Shown here: piece after piece, positions 16,581-25,683 of the stretch
How the letters are laid out: each line of letters opens with the position of its first letter
How positions within the stretch are numbered: the first letter of the stretch is position 1
DNA from: a virus
Taxonomy: Duplodnaviria; Caudoviricetes
Direction: 5' to 3' (one strand)
Virus record (IMG/VR): IMGVR_UViG_3300027743_000007
Span: 1 to 53,516 of that record
Length of the DNA stretch: 53,516 nt
The notes under the pieces: generated by a model
Told to the model about the DNA's origin: nothing
The model's input: the letters and a program-made list of their open reading frames with translations, nothing else
The model's database searches: none
Translations under genes and position numbers: made by a program

Positions 16581-17206
16581 ACGCCGCCGAGCTGTGCAAG
16601 ACGGCGATGGAGGTGGCCGTCGGCCAGTACGAATCCGAGGGCGAGATCACCATGAAGGTCATGCTCCACGCGCCGACCTTCGTGCTGTTCGCCTGGCCGT
16701 CCACTCCCGACGCCGTGCCCGATGGTGACTTCCCCGAGTGGGCCCACCGGCTGATCGGCGTGCTCGGCGGCATCGGCGGCGTCGAGGCGGCGGCCATCGT
16801 TGCCGAGGCCTGGTACACGGTGATGCCCCACACCGGCGAAGAGCCGCACCTCGAGCCCGGCGAGCTAGGCCAGCGGGCCGGGGCCGGCGACGCCTCGGTG
16901 GCGACCGCGCTCGTGGTGTCGGCCGCCGACGGCGCCAAGACCGTCACCGAGGTGAGCGTGCCGCACCTGGCCGACGACGGCACGGTCACGTGGACGACGA
17001 GCGCCGGCGCCGAGATGACCGGCCGCATCCCCCGGCTGGTGACCGAGGCCTTCGCCTATGCCCGACAGGTCACGCCGGCCGAAGGCCGCAAGCCCATCGC
17101 GCCCCACGACCTCGGTGAGTACGCCAAGGCGCTGCACAAGATGGCGCCGGCGCTCGGCGCCGACGTGTCGCTCGTCGGGCTCGCCGGCGCGCCGGTGCCG
17201 CAGTGA
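16577..17206 (+). CDS. Hypothetical protein
   Basis: ATGA-coupled ORF containing AEAW. Confidence 0.65.
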   Translation: MNAAELCKTAMEVAVGQYESEGEITMKVMLHAPTFVLFAWPSTPDAVPDGDFPEWAHRLIGVLGGIGGVEAAAIVAEAWYTVMPHTGEEPHLEPGELGQRAGAGDASVATALVVSAADGAKTVTEVSVPHLADDGTVTWTTSAGAEMTGRIPRLVTEAFAYARQVTPAEGRKPIAPHDLGEYAKALHKMAPALGADVSLVGLAGAPVPQ

Positions 17207-17661
17207 GGACGCTTCGCTTCGAGCCGCTGGCGCTCACCGGCGCTAGGTTCGCCGACGCCCTTGGCAGCTGGCCGTGGTCCGTCATCGGGGTGTTCCCGAA
17301 CCAGGACTCGGAGGTCGGCCAGTGGTCGTGGTTCTGCTACACCGTCGGGCTCGACGTCGAGCTGTGGTGCCCGGTGCAGTCCATCGAGGGCCGAGCGGCG
17401 GGGAACGACCTGATCGGCACCATCCTCAACCCGCTGGCGCTGGCGACCCGCGACCACGCGCTGGCCCCGGGCGACTCGGTGCTGGTGCCCCTCGGCGTGC
17501 CCGGGCCGAACTACCCCGAAGACCCCGATGACTTCTGGGACGAGGACGCCGTGTTCTGGTTGGGTGAGATCGAGCCGAACGACGGGCGGCGCGCCACCTA
17601 TCAGACGCCGGCGCCGGCGGTGTTGCCGGTGCTCTGGTCGAGCCCGCTCGGCTGGCCGTGA
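17203..17661 (+). CDS. Hypothetical protein
   Basis: 152-aa coupled ORF (F.YTVGL). Confidence 0.6.
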   Translation: MRTLRFEPLALTGARFADALGSWPWSVIGVFPNQDSEVGQWSWFCYTVGLDVELWCPVQSIEGRAAGNDLIGTILNPLALATRDHALAPGDSVLVPLGVPGPNYPEDPDDFWDEDAVFWLGEIEPNDGRRATYQTPAPAVLPVLWSSPLGWP

Positions 17662-17861
17662 CCGACGGCGAGCGCCAGGCCGTGCGGGCGGCGATCCTCG
17701 ATTGCCGCCAGGACGTACTCGACCGCCTCGTGTTCGCGCTGACACTCACCGGCGAGGGCGATGAGGTCGAGAGCGAGATGCGCGCCACGCTGGCCACGGC
17801 GCCGCATGACGTACAGCTGTGGTGGGACGGCGAGTGCAACTGCGATGGGCACCTGAACTAA
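17658..17861 (+). CDS. Hypothetical protein
   Basis: Coupled ORF ending the operon. Confidence 0.5.
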   Translation: MTDGERQAVRAAILDCRQDVLDRLVFALTLTGEGDEVESEMRATLATAPHDVQLWWDGECNCDGHLN

Positions 17862-17866
17862 CGTAA

Positions 17867-17914
17867 ATATTCCCCGGCGAATATGTTGCCATCGGGTGCC
17901 CGCTGGTGGACACT
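17867..17914 (+). promoter_or_regulatory. Palindromic operator plus promoter (TTGCCA-N17-GACACT)
   Basis: ATATTCcCCGGcGAATAT directly upstream of the -35 element. Confidence 0.7.
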
Positions 17915-17920
17915 GATTAC

Positions 17921-18496
17921 TAGTTACGACATAGGTGTTCCGGAGGCGCAGTTGCTGAGCACGGCCGACGAGGGAACACCGAAAGACGACGAACGAGCGG
18001 CCCGGTGAATCACCTGGCTATGCGGATCAGCCGGCCTAAGTTTCCCCTCGGGGGTATGGCGACGGGGAGCCCCGCACCGGAGGACGACCGGCCGCTCGTG
18101 AGCAGGGCCAGGGTGGTAGCAAATCGGTACAAGCCCCGGGAACCTGAGACCCGGCCCTGCTCACCGTGAGACCGGCGAAGAGCCATCCACGGGCCCGTTG
18201 ACCACACCGCTGACGGCTAACGACCACCAGCCACCTGAGAATGGTGGAGGACCCCTGAACGAACGGCGTGCGAGGTGACCCGGTACGGGTGAGCGAAGCG
18301 GAAGAACGGCCAGAACGCCAAACGAGAGCATCCCCTGAGTGGCCACGACGGGGGGAGGGTAGGGCGGCAAGTAGGGCCGGCTCACGGGGTCGTCGGCACC
18401 ATTTCGGGAGCCGCAGGGCTCGCCGCCCGCAGCGATGCGAGGTGTGGCCCGAAATCTTGAAGCCCGCAGCCTCACCGGCTGCGGGCTTCGTTATTT
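17921..18496 (+). ncRNA. Putative large structured ncRNA (~570 nt)
   Basis: No credible ORF; lies between a promoter and a terminator; several long perfect stems. Confidence 0.55.
18459..18496 (+). terminator. Intrinsic terminator
   Basis: 13-bp stem gaagcccgcagcc/ggctgcgggcttc followed by gttattt. Confidence 0.75.
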
Positions 18497-18541
18497 CCAC
18501 CGGCGAATTATGTTGCCATCCGGGCGCTGACCGTGGACACT
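18492..18541 (+). promoter_or_regulatory. Operator plus promoter (TTGCCA-N17-GACACT)
   Basis: Copy of the repeated promoter family. Confidence 0.7.
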
Positions 18542-18547
18542 CAAGGT

Positions 18548-18712
18548 ATGACCAAGCGCCAGCCGAACGTTGACAACATCCTCGGGTGGAGCGCACCGCA
18601 CATCCACTTCTCGGCCGCGGCACTCAAGGCGCAGGACACGACCAACGCGCCACCGGCGACGATCCGGATGCGCCGCAACGAGCTGGGCGGCTGGGAGCGG
18701 GCTGAGGCCTGA
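18548..18712 (+). CDS. 54-aa leaderless hypothetical protein
   Basis: Not in the ORF track; ATG 6 nt after the -10 element; MTKRQPNVDNILGW... Confidence 0.5.
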   Translation: MTKRQPNVDNILGWSAPHIHFSAAALKAQDTTNAPPATIRMRRNELGGWERAEA

Positions 18713-18755
18713 CCTCCACGCCCTGGACCGCGCCGGCGTCTAACGTCCGGCAGCG

Positions 18756-19544
18756 ATGGCCACGACCCTCGCCCAGACGTACGTGGCAGCGCAGCCGATT
18801 GACGAGTTGACGCTGCACCCTCGCAACCCTCGCCGGGGCGACATCGCCCGCATCGCGGCGTCGATCAACGCCAACGGGTTCTACGGCACGGTGATGGTTC
18901 AGCGCTCGACGGGCTTCGTGATCTACGGCAACCACCGCCTTGAAGCGGCTCGCCAGGTCGGGCTCACGACGGTGCCGGCACTGTGGGTCGAGGTGGACGA
19001 CGACGCTGCCGCCCGCATGCTGCTGGCCGACAACGCCACCAGCGACGCCGCCACCTACGACGAGGCCGAGCTGGCCGCGCTGCTCGAAGCGCTCGCCGCC
19101 ACCGACCTCGGGCTCGCCGGCACGGGCTGGGATCAGGCCGAGGTTGACGAGCTACTCGCCGCGCTGGCCGAGCCGCCGGCGCCGGTGAGCGACGGCAGCC
19201 TGCTCGACCTCAGCTCGCTCGCCACCGAGCCGTCGCGCTCGGCGCTGCGGGGCGAGGTCTGGCGCATCGGGCCGACGAGCCACGACTACGGCGACGAGCC
19301 CGGGTGGACCGCCGGGCCGCATCACCTTGCCGTCGTGCCCGTCGCCTCGGGCTGGCCGACCTTCGGGCCGCTACTGACCGAGGGCGCGTACCTGCTGCCC
19401 TACCCGGGCCCGTACGTGGCCGTCACCCGACTCGCCCTGCGCAGCGCGGCGGTGTTCGTTCAGCCCGACGGCTACATCGCCGGCCACCTGCTCGACCAGT
19501 GGGTCAAGCTGTTCGGCGCCGAGCACGTTCATCAGCTGTCGTGA
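18756..19544 (+). CDS. ParB-like N-terminal domain protein linked to the DNA-modification cluster
   Basis: HPRNPR, SI..NGF, GNHR..AA and LADN motifs. Confidence 0.85.
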   Translation: MATTLAQTYVAAQPIDELTLHPRNPRRGDIARIAASINANGFYGTVMVQRSTGFVIYGNHRLEAARQVGLTTVPALWVEVDDDAAARMLLADNATSDAATYDEAELAALLEALAATDLGLAGTGWDQAEVDELLAALAEPPAPVSDGSLLDLSSLATEPSRSALRGEVWRIGPTSHDYGDEPGWTAGPHHLAVVPVASGWPTFGPLLTEGAYLLPYPGPYVAVTRLALRSAAVFVQPDGYIAGHLLDQWVKLFGAEHVHQLS

Positions 19545-20452
19545 AGGCCACCGGCGGCGCCTGGGATTGCGACGACTGGCCGGTGTGCTTCTGCGCCTCG
19601 GTGCTCGGGGCCTTGGAGGTCACCGTCAAGCACCACCCGTTCATCCTCGTGGCCGTCAACGAGATGCTGGCGCCGGGCACCTACCGCGCCGGGCGGGCGG
19701 CGCTCGACCGCTGGATCGCCGGCGGCGCCAAGGTCTTCCTCGACTCGGGCGTCTTCTGGCTGACGAACGAGCACAAGCGGGCCCACGGCATGACGATGGA
19801 CCAGGCGCTCGCCCTGGCGCCCAACGAGATCGACGGGTTCGATGAGCTGTTCGCCCGCTACGTCGAGCTGTGCCGGGCCTACGGCGACTCGCTGTGGGGC
19901 TACGTGGAACTGGACCAGGGCGGCAAGGACCGCAAGCGGGTCACCCGGGCCCGGCTGCAGGACGAGTACGGGCTGTCACCGATCCCGGTGTACCACCCGC
20001 TCAACGACGGGCGGGACTACTTCGATGAGCTGGTCGAGGGCTACGACCGCATGTGCTTCGGCAACGTCGTCCAGGCCAGCCCGGGCACCCGCCGGCGCCT
20101 ACTTCACATGATGTGGGAGGTGCGGGCCCGGCACCCTGACTGTTGGATTCACCTGCTCGGCGTACGCCCGACCGAGATGCTGCTGGCCTACCCGGCGCAG
20201 TCGGTTGACACCTCGTCGTACCTCGCCGCGCTGCGCTGGGCCCACGACACCGTGCGCACCTCGACCATGCTCAAGGCGGTGTCGAACTTCCCGCCGAACT
20301 TCGCCTACCGGCGCGGCGAACAAGACAGCTACGAAGAGGCCAACCGCCAGTGCTCGCACGCCGTGGCCGAGGCGCAAGCGACGTGGCGCGCCGTGCTGGC
20401 CGACCGGGCGGCGCTCGGGTGGTCGCCCTACGAACTCGGGCCGCTGGCGTGA
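19541..20452 (+). CDS. dpdA: DpdA-like DNA deazaguanine transglycosylase
   Basis: TGT-fold motifs FLDSG.F, ELD, IPVYH, IHLLG and SVDTSS; adjacent to que genes. Confidence 0.75.
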   Translation: MKATGGAWDCDDWPVCFCASVLGALEVTVKHHPFILVAVNEMLAPGTYRAGRAALDRWIAGGAKVFLDSGVFWLTNEHKRAHGMTMDQALALAPNEIDGFDELFARYVELCRAYGDSLWGYVELDQGGKDRKRVTRARLQDEYGLSPIPVYHPLNDGRDYFDELVEGYDRMCFGNVVQASPGTRRRLLHMMWEVRARHPDCWIHLLGVRPTEMLLAYPAQSVDTSSYLAALRWAHDTVRTSTMLKAVSNFPPNFAYRRGEQDSYEEANRQCSHAVAEAQATWRAVLADRAALGWSPYELGPLA

Positions 20453-20772
20453 CCGTCGTCAAGGTGCGCCACCGGGCGGTCGGCTTCCACCGCTGGCCGA
20501 ACCCTCGGCCCGGGCGCGAGTACCTCGGCCAGCGCCACCGCCACGAGTTCTGGCTAGAGGCCGCCGCCACCGTCACCGACGACGACCGCCAGATCGAATT
20601 CCATGACTTCAAGGCCGAGCTGGTCGCCGCCTTCCCCGGCGGGGAGATGGGAGATGCCTCGTGCGAAGCCATGGCCCGCGACGTACTGGCTCGCCTGCGG
20701 GCCCGTTTCGGCCCGGCCGTGGCGTGGTGCGAGGTCTGGGAGGATGGCGAGTGCGGGGCGCTGGTGTCGTGA
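20449..20772 (+). CDS. QueD-paralog T-fold protein, DpdL-like (putative CDG decarboxylase)
   Basis: GFH.WP, LGQRHRHEF, DRQIEF, SCE and EDGE.GA motifs. Confidence 0.6.
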   Translation: MTVVKVRHRAVGFHRWPNPRPGREYLGQRHRHEFWLEAAATVTDDDRQIEFHDFKAELVAAFPGGEMGDASCEAMARDVLARLRARFGPAVAWCEVWEDGECGALVS

Positions 20773-21188
20773 CGACGACGATCACCCGCACCTTCGAGAT
20801 TGACATGGCCCACTGCCTCGCTCAGCACGGCGGCCGGTGCCACGGGCTGCACGGCCACCGCTACAAGGTGGCGCTGACGACGACCGGCGACCTCCACGCC
20901 GAGGGCGTCGAGCAGGGCATGGTGCGTGACTTCGCCCACCTCCGCACGGCGCTCGAGGCGGCCGTCGGCCAGTACGACCACCGCTGCATGATGGCCGTCA
21001 CCGACCCGCGCACGCCGGCGACCGTCGAGGCCTTCGGCGCCAGCGTGGCCGTGGTTGACTTCGCTCCGACCGCCGAGAACCTCGCCGCCTTCTGGGGCGC
21101 GATGCTGGCGAGCCTGCTGCGGCCATTGGAGCTCGTCGGGCTCACGGTGTACGAGACCCCGAACTGCCGAGCGACGTGGGTGCCCTAG
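20769..21188 (+). CDS. queD: 6-carboxy-5,6,7,8-tetrahydropterin synthase
   Basis: AH...C..LHGH.Y, GMV.DF, DH, PTAEN and ET motifs. Confidence 0.92.
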   Translation: MTTTITRTFEIDMAHCLAQHGGRCHGLHGHRYKVALTTTGDLHAEGVEQGMVRDFAHLRTALEAAVGQYDHRCMMAVTDPRTPATVEAFGASVAVVDFAPTAENLAAFWGAMLASLLRPLELVGLTVYETPNCRATWVP

Positions 21189-21892
21189 TCGTCAACCGCG
21201 TCTACGACCGGGTGACCGTGCAAGGCGAGGGCCCCTTCGCCGGGCGCCGGTGCACCTTCGTGCGGCTGTGGGGGTGCAACCTGCACTGCGCCTGGTGCGA
21301 CACGCCCGAGACCTGGGACACGACCGGGCGCATCGGGCCGGCCTACGAGCGGGCCGCCAACGCCGCGCCGCTGCCGGTGGCCGAGGTAGCCGAGGCCGTC
21401 GCCGGGCTCGGGGTCGGGCTGTGCATCGTGACCGGCGGCGAGCCGCTGGTCCAGGCCGACCGCGTGGCCGAGCTGGCCCGGGCGCTGCGCCTCGCCGGCG
21501 TCGCCACGCACGTCGAGACCAACGGCACCATCGCACCGGGCGAGCTGATCGGCGCCGTCGAGCACTTCGTGGTGTCACCGAAGCTCGCCTCAGCCGACGC
21601 CGGCGCCCGGGCGCTACGACCGCCGGCGCTGTCGTCGTTCGGGTTCCTGGCCCGTCAGGACCGGGCGAGCTTCAAGTTCGTGGTCTGCTCGCCGGCCGAC
21701 CTCACCGAAGCGGCTCAGCTGTGCGACCGCTACGGCGTGCCCCACTCGGCGCGCTGGGCGATGCCCGAGGGCACCGACGCCGGCGCCGTTGGGCGCGGGC
21801 TCGGTGAGTGGGCCGAGGCGGCCATCGCTGCGGGCTTCAACGTTTCCACCCGGCTCCACGTTCTACTGTGGGGCGCTGAGAAGGGCCGATGA
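21176..21892 (+). CDS. queE: 7-carboxy-7-deazaguanine synthase (radical SAM)
   Basis: QGEG, CNLHCAWCDT, TGGEP, ETNG and SPK motifs. Confidence 0.93.
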   Translation: MGALVVNRVYDRVTVQGEGPFAGRRCTFVRLWGCNLHCAWCDTPETWDTTGRIGPAYERAANAAPLPVAEVAEAVAGLGVGLCIVTGGEPLVQADRVAELARALRLAGVATHVETNGTIAPGELIGAVEHFVVSPKLASADAGARALRPPALSSFGFLARQDRASFKFVVCSPADLTEAAQLCDRYGVPHSARWAMPEGTDAGAVGRGLGEWAEAAIAAGFNVSTRLHVLLWGAEKGR

Positions 21893-22836
21893 CCACCACC
21901 GTAGAGACCGGCATAGACCTCCCGATGCGGAGCAACGGCTCGGTGGGCCAGACACTGTCGTGGGCCGACGTGTCCGAGGCCGCCTACGACCTGGCTGCCC
22001 GCTGGCGCAACCGCCGGCCGGCGGCGGTGTACGGCATCCCGACCGGCGGCGCGCCGGTGGCGGTGATGGTGGCCGGCGCGCTGAGCGTGCCCCTTGCCGA
22101 CGAGCCCGGGCCCGGCGTGCTCGTCGTGGACGACCTGATCGACACCGGCCGCACGCTGACGCCCTACGTCGAGGCCGGCCACCTGACCGACGTGCTCTAC
22201 CGCAAGCCATGGTCGCCGGCGGCGCTGTGCCCCGAGGCCGAGGAACGGGACACGTGGCTGCGCTTCCCGTGGGAGCGCGCCGACGGCGCGCCGGTGGACG
22301 CCGTGCTGCGGCTCATCCAATTCATCGGGGACGACCCGACCCGCGACGGGCTGCTCGACACGCCGTCGAGGGTCGTGCGAGCGCTGGTCGAGATGACCTC
22401 GGGCTACGCCACCGACCCGATTGCCGTGCTCGGCACGACCTTCGACGTGGCGAACTACGACGAGCTGGTCGTCGTGCGGGCCATCCCGTTCTCGTCGCTA
22501 TGCGAGCACCACATGCTGCCCTTCGTCGGGCACGCCACTATCGGCTACCTACCCGACCGGCGGGTCGTCGGGCTGAGCAAGCTCGCCCGCCTCGTGCTGG
22601 CGCTCGCCCGCCGGCTGCAGGTTCAGGAGCGGCTGACGGCCGAGATCGCTGACTGCGTGATGAACGGCCTTCGCCCGCTCGGCGTCGGCGTGCTGGTCGA
22701 GGCCGACCACAGCTGCATGGCGATGCGAGGTGTCGAGCGCCGGGCGTCGGCCATCACCTCGGCGGTGCGGGGCGCGCTGGCGACTGACCGCTCGGTGCGG
22801 GCCGAGTTCATGGCCCTGGCCGACGGCCACCTGTAG
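21889..22836 (+). CDS. folE: Phosphoribosyltransferase-GTP cyclohydrolase I fusion
   Basis: N-terminal YGIPTGG and VLVVDDLIDTGRT; C-terminal CEHH, GLSKLAR, QVQERLT and H.CM.MRG. Confidence 0.9.
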   Translation: MTTTVETGIDLPMRSNGSVGQTLSWADVSEAAYDLAARWRNRRPAAVYGIPTGGAPVAVMVAGALSVPLADEPGPGVLVVDDLIDTGRTLTPYVEAGHLTDVLYRKPWSPAALCPEAEERDTWLRFPWERADGAPVDAVLRLIQFIGDDPTRDGLLDTPSRVVRALVEMTSGYATDPIAVLGTTFDVANYDELVVVRAIPFSSLCEHHMLPFVGHATIGYLPDRRVVGLSKLARLVLALARRLQVQERLTAEIADCVMNGLRPLGVGVLVEADHSCMAMRGVERRASAITSAVRGALATDRSVRAEFMALADGHL

Positions 22837-22920
22837 CGACCACGAACGCAGATCGGGTCGATCACAGACCTGTATCGACTAGGTGTTGTCCGTACAGGCG
22901 TTCGTGGTGACGATGTAGGC

Positions 22921-23103
22921 ATGACACACAACCGCACTCCCGCCCAGCAGGCCACCGACCTCGTTGAGCAGCTCTGGGTCCAGGCCCAGCTGCGGATCAA
23001 CGATCTGACGGCGGCCGAACTCGCCACGCTCATCGCTGCCGTCGAGGCCGAGGGCGCCGCGCAGGCCGTCGAGGCGTTCCTCGAGGGCGACCTGGCCGTC
23101 TGA
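22921..23103 (+). CDS. Leaderless hypothetical protein
   Basis: TTGTCC-N17-GACGAT-N6-ATGACACAC. Confidence 0.6.
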   Translation: MTHNRTPAQQATDLVEQLWVQAQLRINDLTAAELATLIAAVEAEGAAQAVEAFLEGDLAV

Positions 23104-23156
23104 GCCGGGCCCTTCTCATTCCCAACAACCCAACCACCACCAGGAGACACACAACC

Positions 23157-23759
23157 ATGACCACCACCATTGACACCGGCCTGCTGGCCGAGATCGCCGC
23201 CGGCAAGGTCGCCACCGGCGACAAGCGGCTCACCGTCGCCCGTGAAGCGGGCCTCGTGACCAAGCGCGGCGCCAAGCTCACGAAGGTCGGCGCCGAGGCG
23301 CTCGAAGCGGCTCTGAACGGCGACGTGCCGACGGTCAGCGTGACCGTCGAGGCGATGGAGCCGACCGCGTTCGCGGCGCTCGGTCGCCTGGAGCGCATCG
23401 AGCGGATGAAGGCTGAGCACGCCGCCACGAAGGCGTGGATCGACGCCGGCAGCAAGGGCACGGCGCCGGCGAGCCCGGTGACGACCGCCTTCGCTCTGGC
23501 CGCCATCGACGGCGGCAAGGGCATCAAGGCCAACGGCGGCGCCGGCGGCGGCACCGGCCGGTCCAACTTCACCCCCGAGGCGCTGGCCGACGTGCTCGTG
23601 CGCATCAAGGCGCTGCGGGCCGAGGGCAAGGGCTGGCCAACCATCGCCAAGACCTTCAACGAGACCGGCGTGCCGACCGCTAAGGGCGGCAAGTGGGCCT
23701 CGTCAACCGTGCTCGGCATCGCCAAGCGCAACGGCATCCCGACCCGTCGGGACGCGTAG
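23157..23759 (+). CDS. Protein with C-terminal recombinase-type DNA-binding domain
   Basis: G.GW.TIA..FN..GVPT.KGGKW..STV motif; AGGAG RBS. Confidence 0.7.
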   Translation: MTTTIDTGLLAEIAAGKVATGDKRLTVAREAGLVTKRGAKLTKVGAEALEAALNGDVPTVSVTVEAMEPTAFAALGRLERIERMKAEHAATKAWIDAGSKGTAPASPVTTAFALAAIDGGKGIKANGGAGGGTGRSNFTPEALADVLVRIKALRAEGKGWPTIAKTFNETGVPTAKGGKWASSTVLGIAKRNGIPTRRDA

Positions 23760-23776
23760 TTCACCCCACCAGCTAC

Positions 23777-23807
23777 AGAGGCGGCCCGCTCACGGCGGGC
23801 CGCCTCT
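23777..23807 (+). terminator. GC-rich hairpin, probable terminator
   Basis: agaggcggcccgc/gcgggccgcctct stem. Confidence 0.55.
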
Positions 23808-23830
23808 GGCTGTTCACGAGGAAGCAAACG

Positions 23831-24214
23831 ATGACACACACCGGACTAACCATCGCCGTCGAGGACGACGGCACCTACACGGTCAGCGAGTTCACCGGCG
23901 CGCTGGCCGAGCTACAGGCCGCCGTTGGCGGCAACGTCGAGCCGGCGCCGAGCGACGAGCTAGTGACCATCTGGGTCAACGAGGACGGCAAGTTCACCGG
24001 CCTGCCGATCAACCGACTCGCCATGGACGTATGGCTGCGCTGGGACGCCTTCGGCTGCATGCTGCTGGGCAACGACTGGCTCGCCGGCAACGTCGTGGTG
24101 ACCGGCGGCGTTGACGGGCGCGGCGAGACCCTTGACCTACCCGACGAGGCGCGGCGCTGGGTGCTGCGCGTCGCTCGTGACGCCGGCGCGAACGTGGTAG
24201 GCCAAGCGCCATGA
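23831..24214 (+). CDS. DUF3846-like protein
   Basis: L..LQ.AVGG.VE, VNEDGK..GLP.N..A and G.VVVTG motifs. Confidence 0.75.
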   Translation: MTHTGLTIAVEDDGTYTVSEFTGALAELQAAVGGNVEPAPSDELVTIWVNEDGKFTGLPINRLAMDVWLRWDAFGCMLLGNDWLAGNVVVTGGVDGRGETLDLPDEARRWVLRVARDAGANVVGQAP

Positions 24215-24597
24215 CACACACCCGAACCCTGCTCGCCGCCGTAGCGGTGCTGGCCCTGGCCGGCGCCGGCTGCGGTGACGACGACGACTCCACGGCCAGC
24301 GCGCCCGCCAGCTCACCGGCTGGCGCGCCGGCCACCCCAACCGCCGGCGGCACCGACGCCGGCGGGCCGCCGTGCCCGGGCCCGAACGACACGGTGACCG
24401 AGGACGTCGTGACCGGCTGCGTGCTCGACGGCCAGCTGGTCGCCGGCGGCCTACAGAACTACGACAACGGCTGCACCATCGCCATCTGGGCGCCCGACGC
24501 CGAGGGCGGTTGGGGCGTCGTCGGTCAGAAGCCCGGCCAGGGCGCGTGGAGCGCCAACACCGATGACCCGTCGTTCGTCAATCCCTGCTCGGGCTGA
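24211..24597 (+). CDS. Lipoprotein
   Basis: Signal peptide with AGAGC lipobox, low-complexity linker and Cys pairs. Confidence 0.7.
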   Translation: MTHTRTLLAAVAVLALAGAGCGDDDDSTASAPASSPAGAPATPTAGGTDAGGPPCPGPNDTVTEDVVTGCVLDGQLVAGGLQNYDNGCTIAIWAPDAEGGWGVVGQKPGQGAWSANTDDPSFVNPCSG

Positions 24598-24696
24598 GAT
24601 TGCGCCGGCGCTGCTCGTGGTCGGGCTGGCACTCGCCGGCCCGGCGCTAGAGCCCGAGGTCGGCCCGGCCGACCCGTGCGAGTTGAGCGACGGGCC

Positions 24697-24897
24697 TCAA
24701 TTCGCCTGCTGGCTCGACAGCCAGCCCGCTAGCTCCACGGTCCAGGCTCGCCAGCCTTGACCGTGCCCGTAGTCGCCCGAGGCGATGTGGGCCAATTCAT
24801 GAATTGGCACCCACGCCGGCGCCTCGGGCGCGTAGCGCACCGTGTGCCGCCACGCCCGGCCCCACAGCCGCCGGTCGCGCAGCGGTAGCACCGTCAC
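24697..24897 (-). CDS. Small zincin-like (HExxH) protein, possibly truncated
   Basis: IHELAH...HG..W motif; start uncertain. Confidence 0.4.
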   Translation of the reverse strand: MTVLPLRDRRLWGRAWRHTVRYAPEAPAWVPIHELAHIASGDYGHGQGWRAWTVELAGWLSSQQAN

Positions 24898-24972
24898 CGC
24901 CGGCCCGGGCCACCGAGGGTCGGCGGTCAGGGCGCGGGTCAGCGCGGCGAGCTGCTCGTAGGTCAGCAGCGC

Positions 24973-25683
24973 TCAGTCCTGCACGCACACGAGCACGGTC
25001 ACCGTGATGTCGTCGGGCTCACGCTCATGGAGCCCGAGCGTGGTCGCCGTGAAGCCCGGCGGGCAGGTCGGCCCGGGCGGCCCCTGCGGCCCTTGCGGCC
25101 CCTGCGGCCCGGCGTCGCCGGCTGGCCCTTGCGGCCCGGGCGGGCCAGGATCACCTTCGGGGCCGGCCGGTCCTCGTCCGCCCGCTGGGCCGGCTGGCCC
25201 TACGTCGCCCGGTGCACCCGGGCGGCCAGGTGCGCCGGCAGGCCCTCGGGGCCCCTGGTCGCCCGCCGGGCCCGGCTCGCCAGGTGCGCCGGCAGGTCCT
25301 CGAGGCCCAACGGCACCGTCGGCGCCGGGCTCGCCGGGTGGGCCGGTCGCGCCCGGTGGCCCGGGTGGGCCCGCCGGGCCAGGGTCGCCCGGCGGGCCCA
25401 ATCCTCCACGCACGCCACGAGCACCAGCAGGCCCGCGAGCGCCAGCGGCGCCAGTAGGACCAGCTGGGCCACGGGCCCCGGTCGTGCCTTGCTCGCCTTG
25501 GTCACCTTGTGCCCCCTGTTCCCCCGGCGACCCCGGTGGCCCCGGTGGCCCGGGCGCGCCCGTGATCGTCGTCGTCGTCGTTGAGCCCTCACCGACCGTC
25601 GCGGTCAGCAGGCCGCTGACGATCCCGACGCCGAGCACGGCGCAGATTGCGCCGACCGTCCACGCGCCCTGCGCCGGGTTCAC
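24973..25683 (-). CDS. Membrane-anchored collagen-like protein in the lysis region
   Basis: N-terminal TM helix and a long G-X-Y tract. Confidence 0.8.
   Translation of the reverse strand: MNPAQGAWTVGAICAVLGVGIVSGLLTATVGEGSTTTTTITGAPGPPGPPGSPGEQGAQGDQGEQGTTGARGPAGPTGAAGARGPAGARGVRGGLGPPGDPGPAGPPGPPGATGPPGEPGADGAVGPRGPAGAPGEPGPAGDQGPRGPAGAPGRPGAPGDVGPAGPAGGRGPAGPEGDPGPPGPQGPAGDAGPQGPQGPQGPPGPTCPPGFTATTLGLHEREPDDITVTVLVCVQD

Noticed and set aside
18098-18164. tRNA-like element
   Set aside because: It has a closing stem but no T-loop GTTC, anticodon arm or CCA; treated as part of the larger ncRNA candidate
25070-25560. 9-nt periodic GC repeats here and at 30320-30890
   Set aside because: Explained by collagen G-X-Y coding
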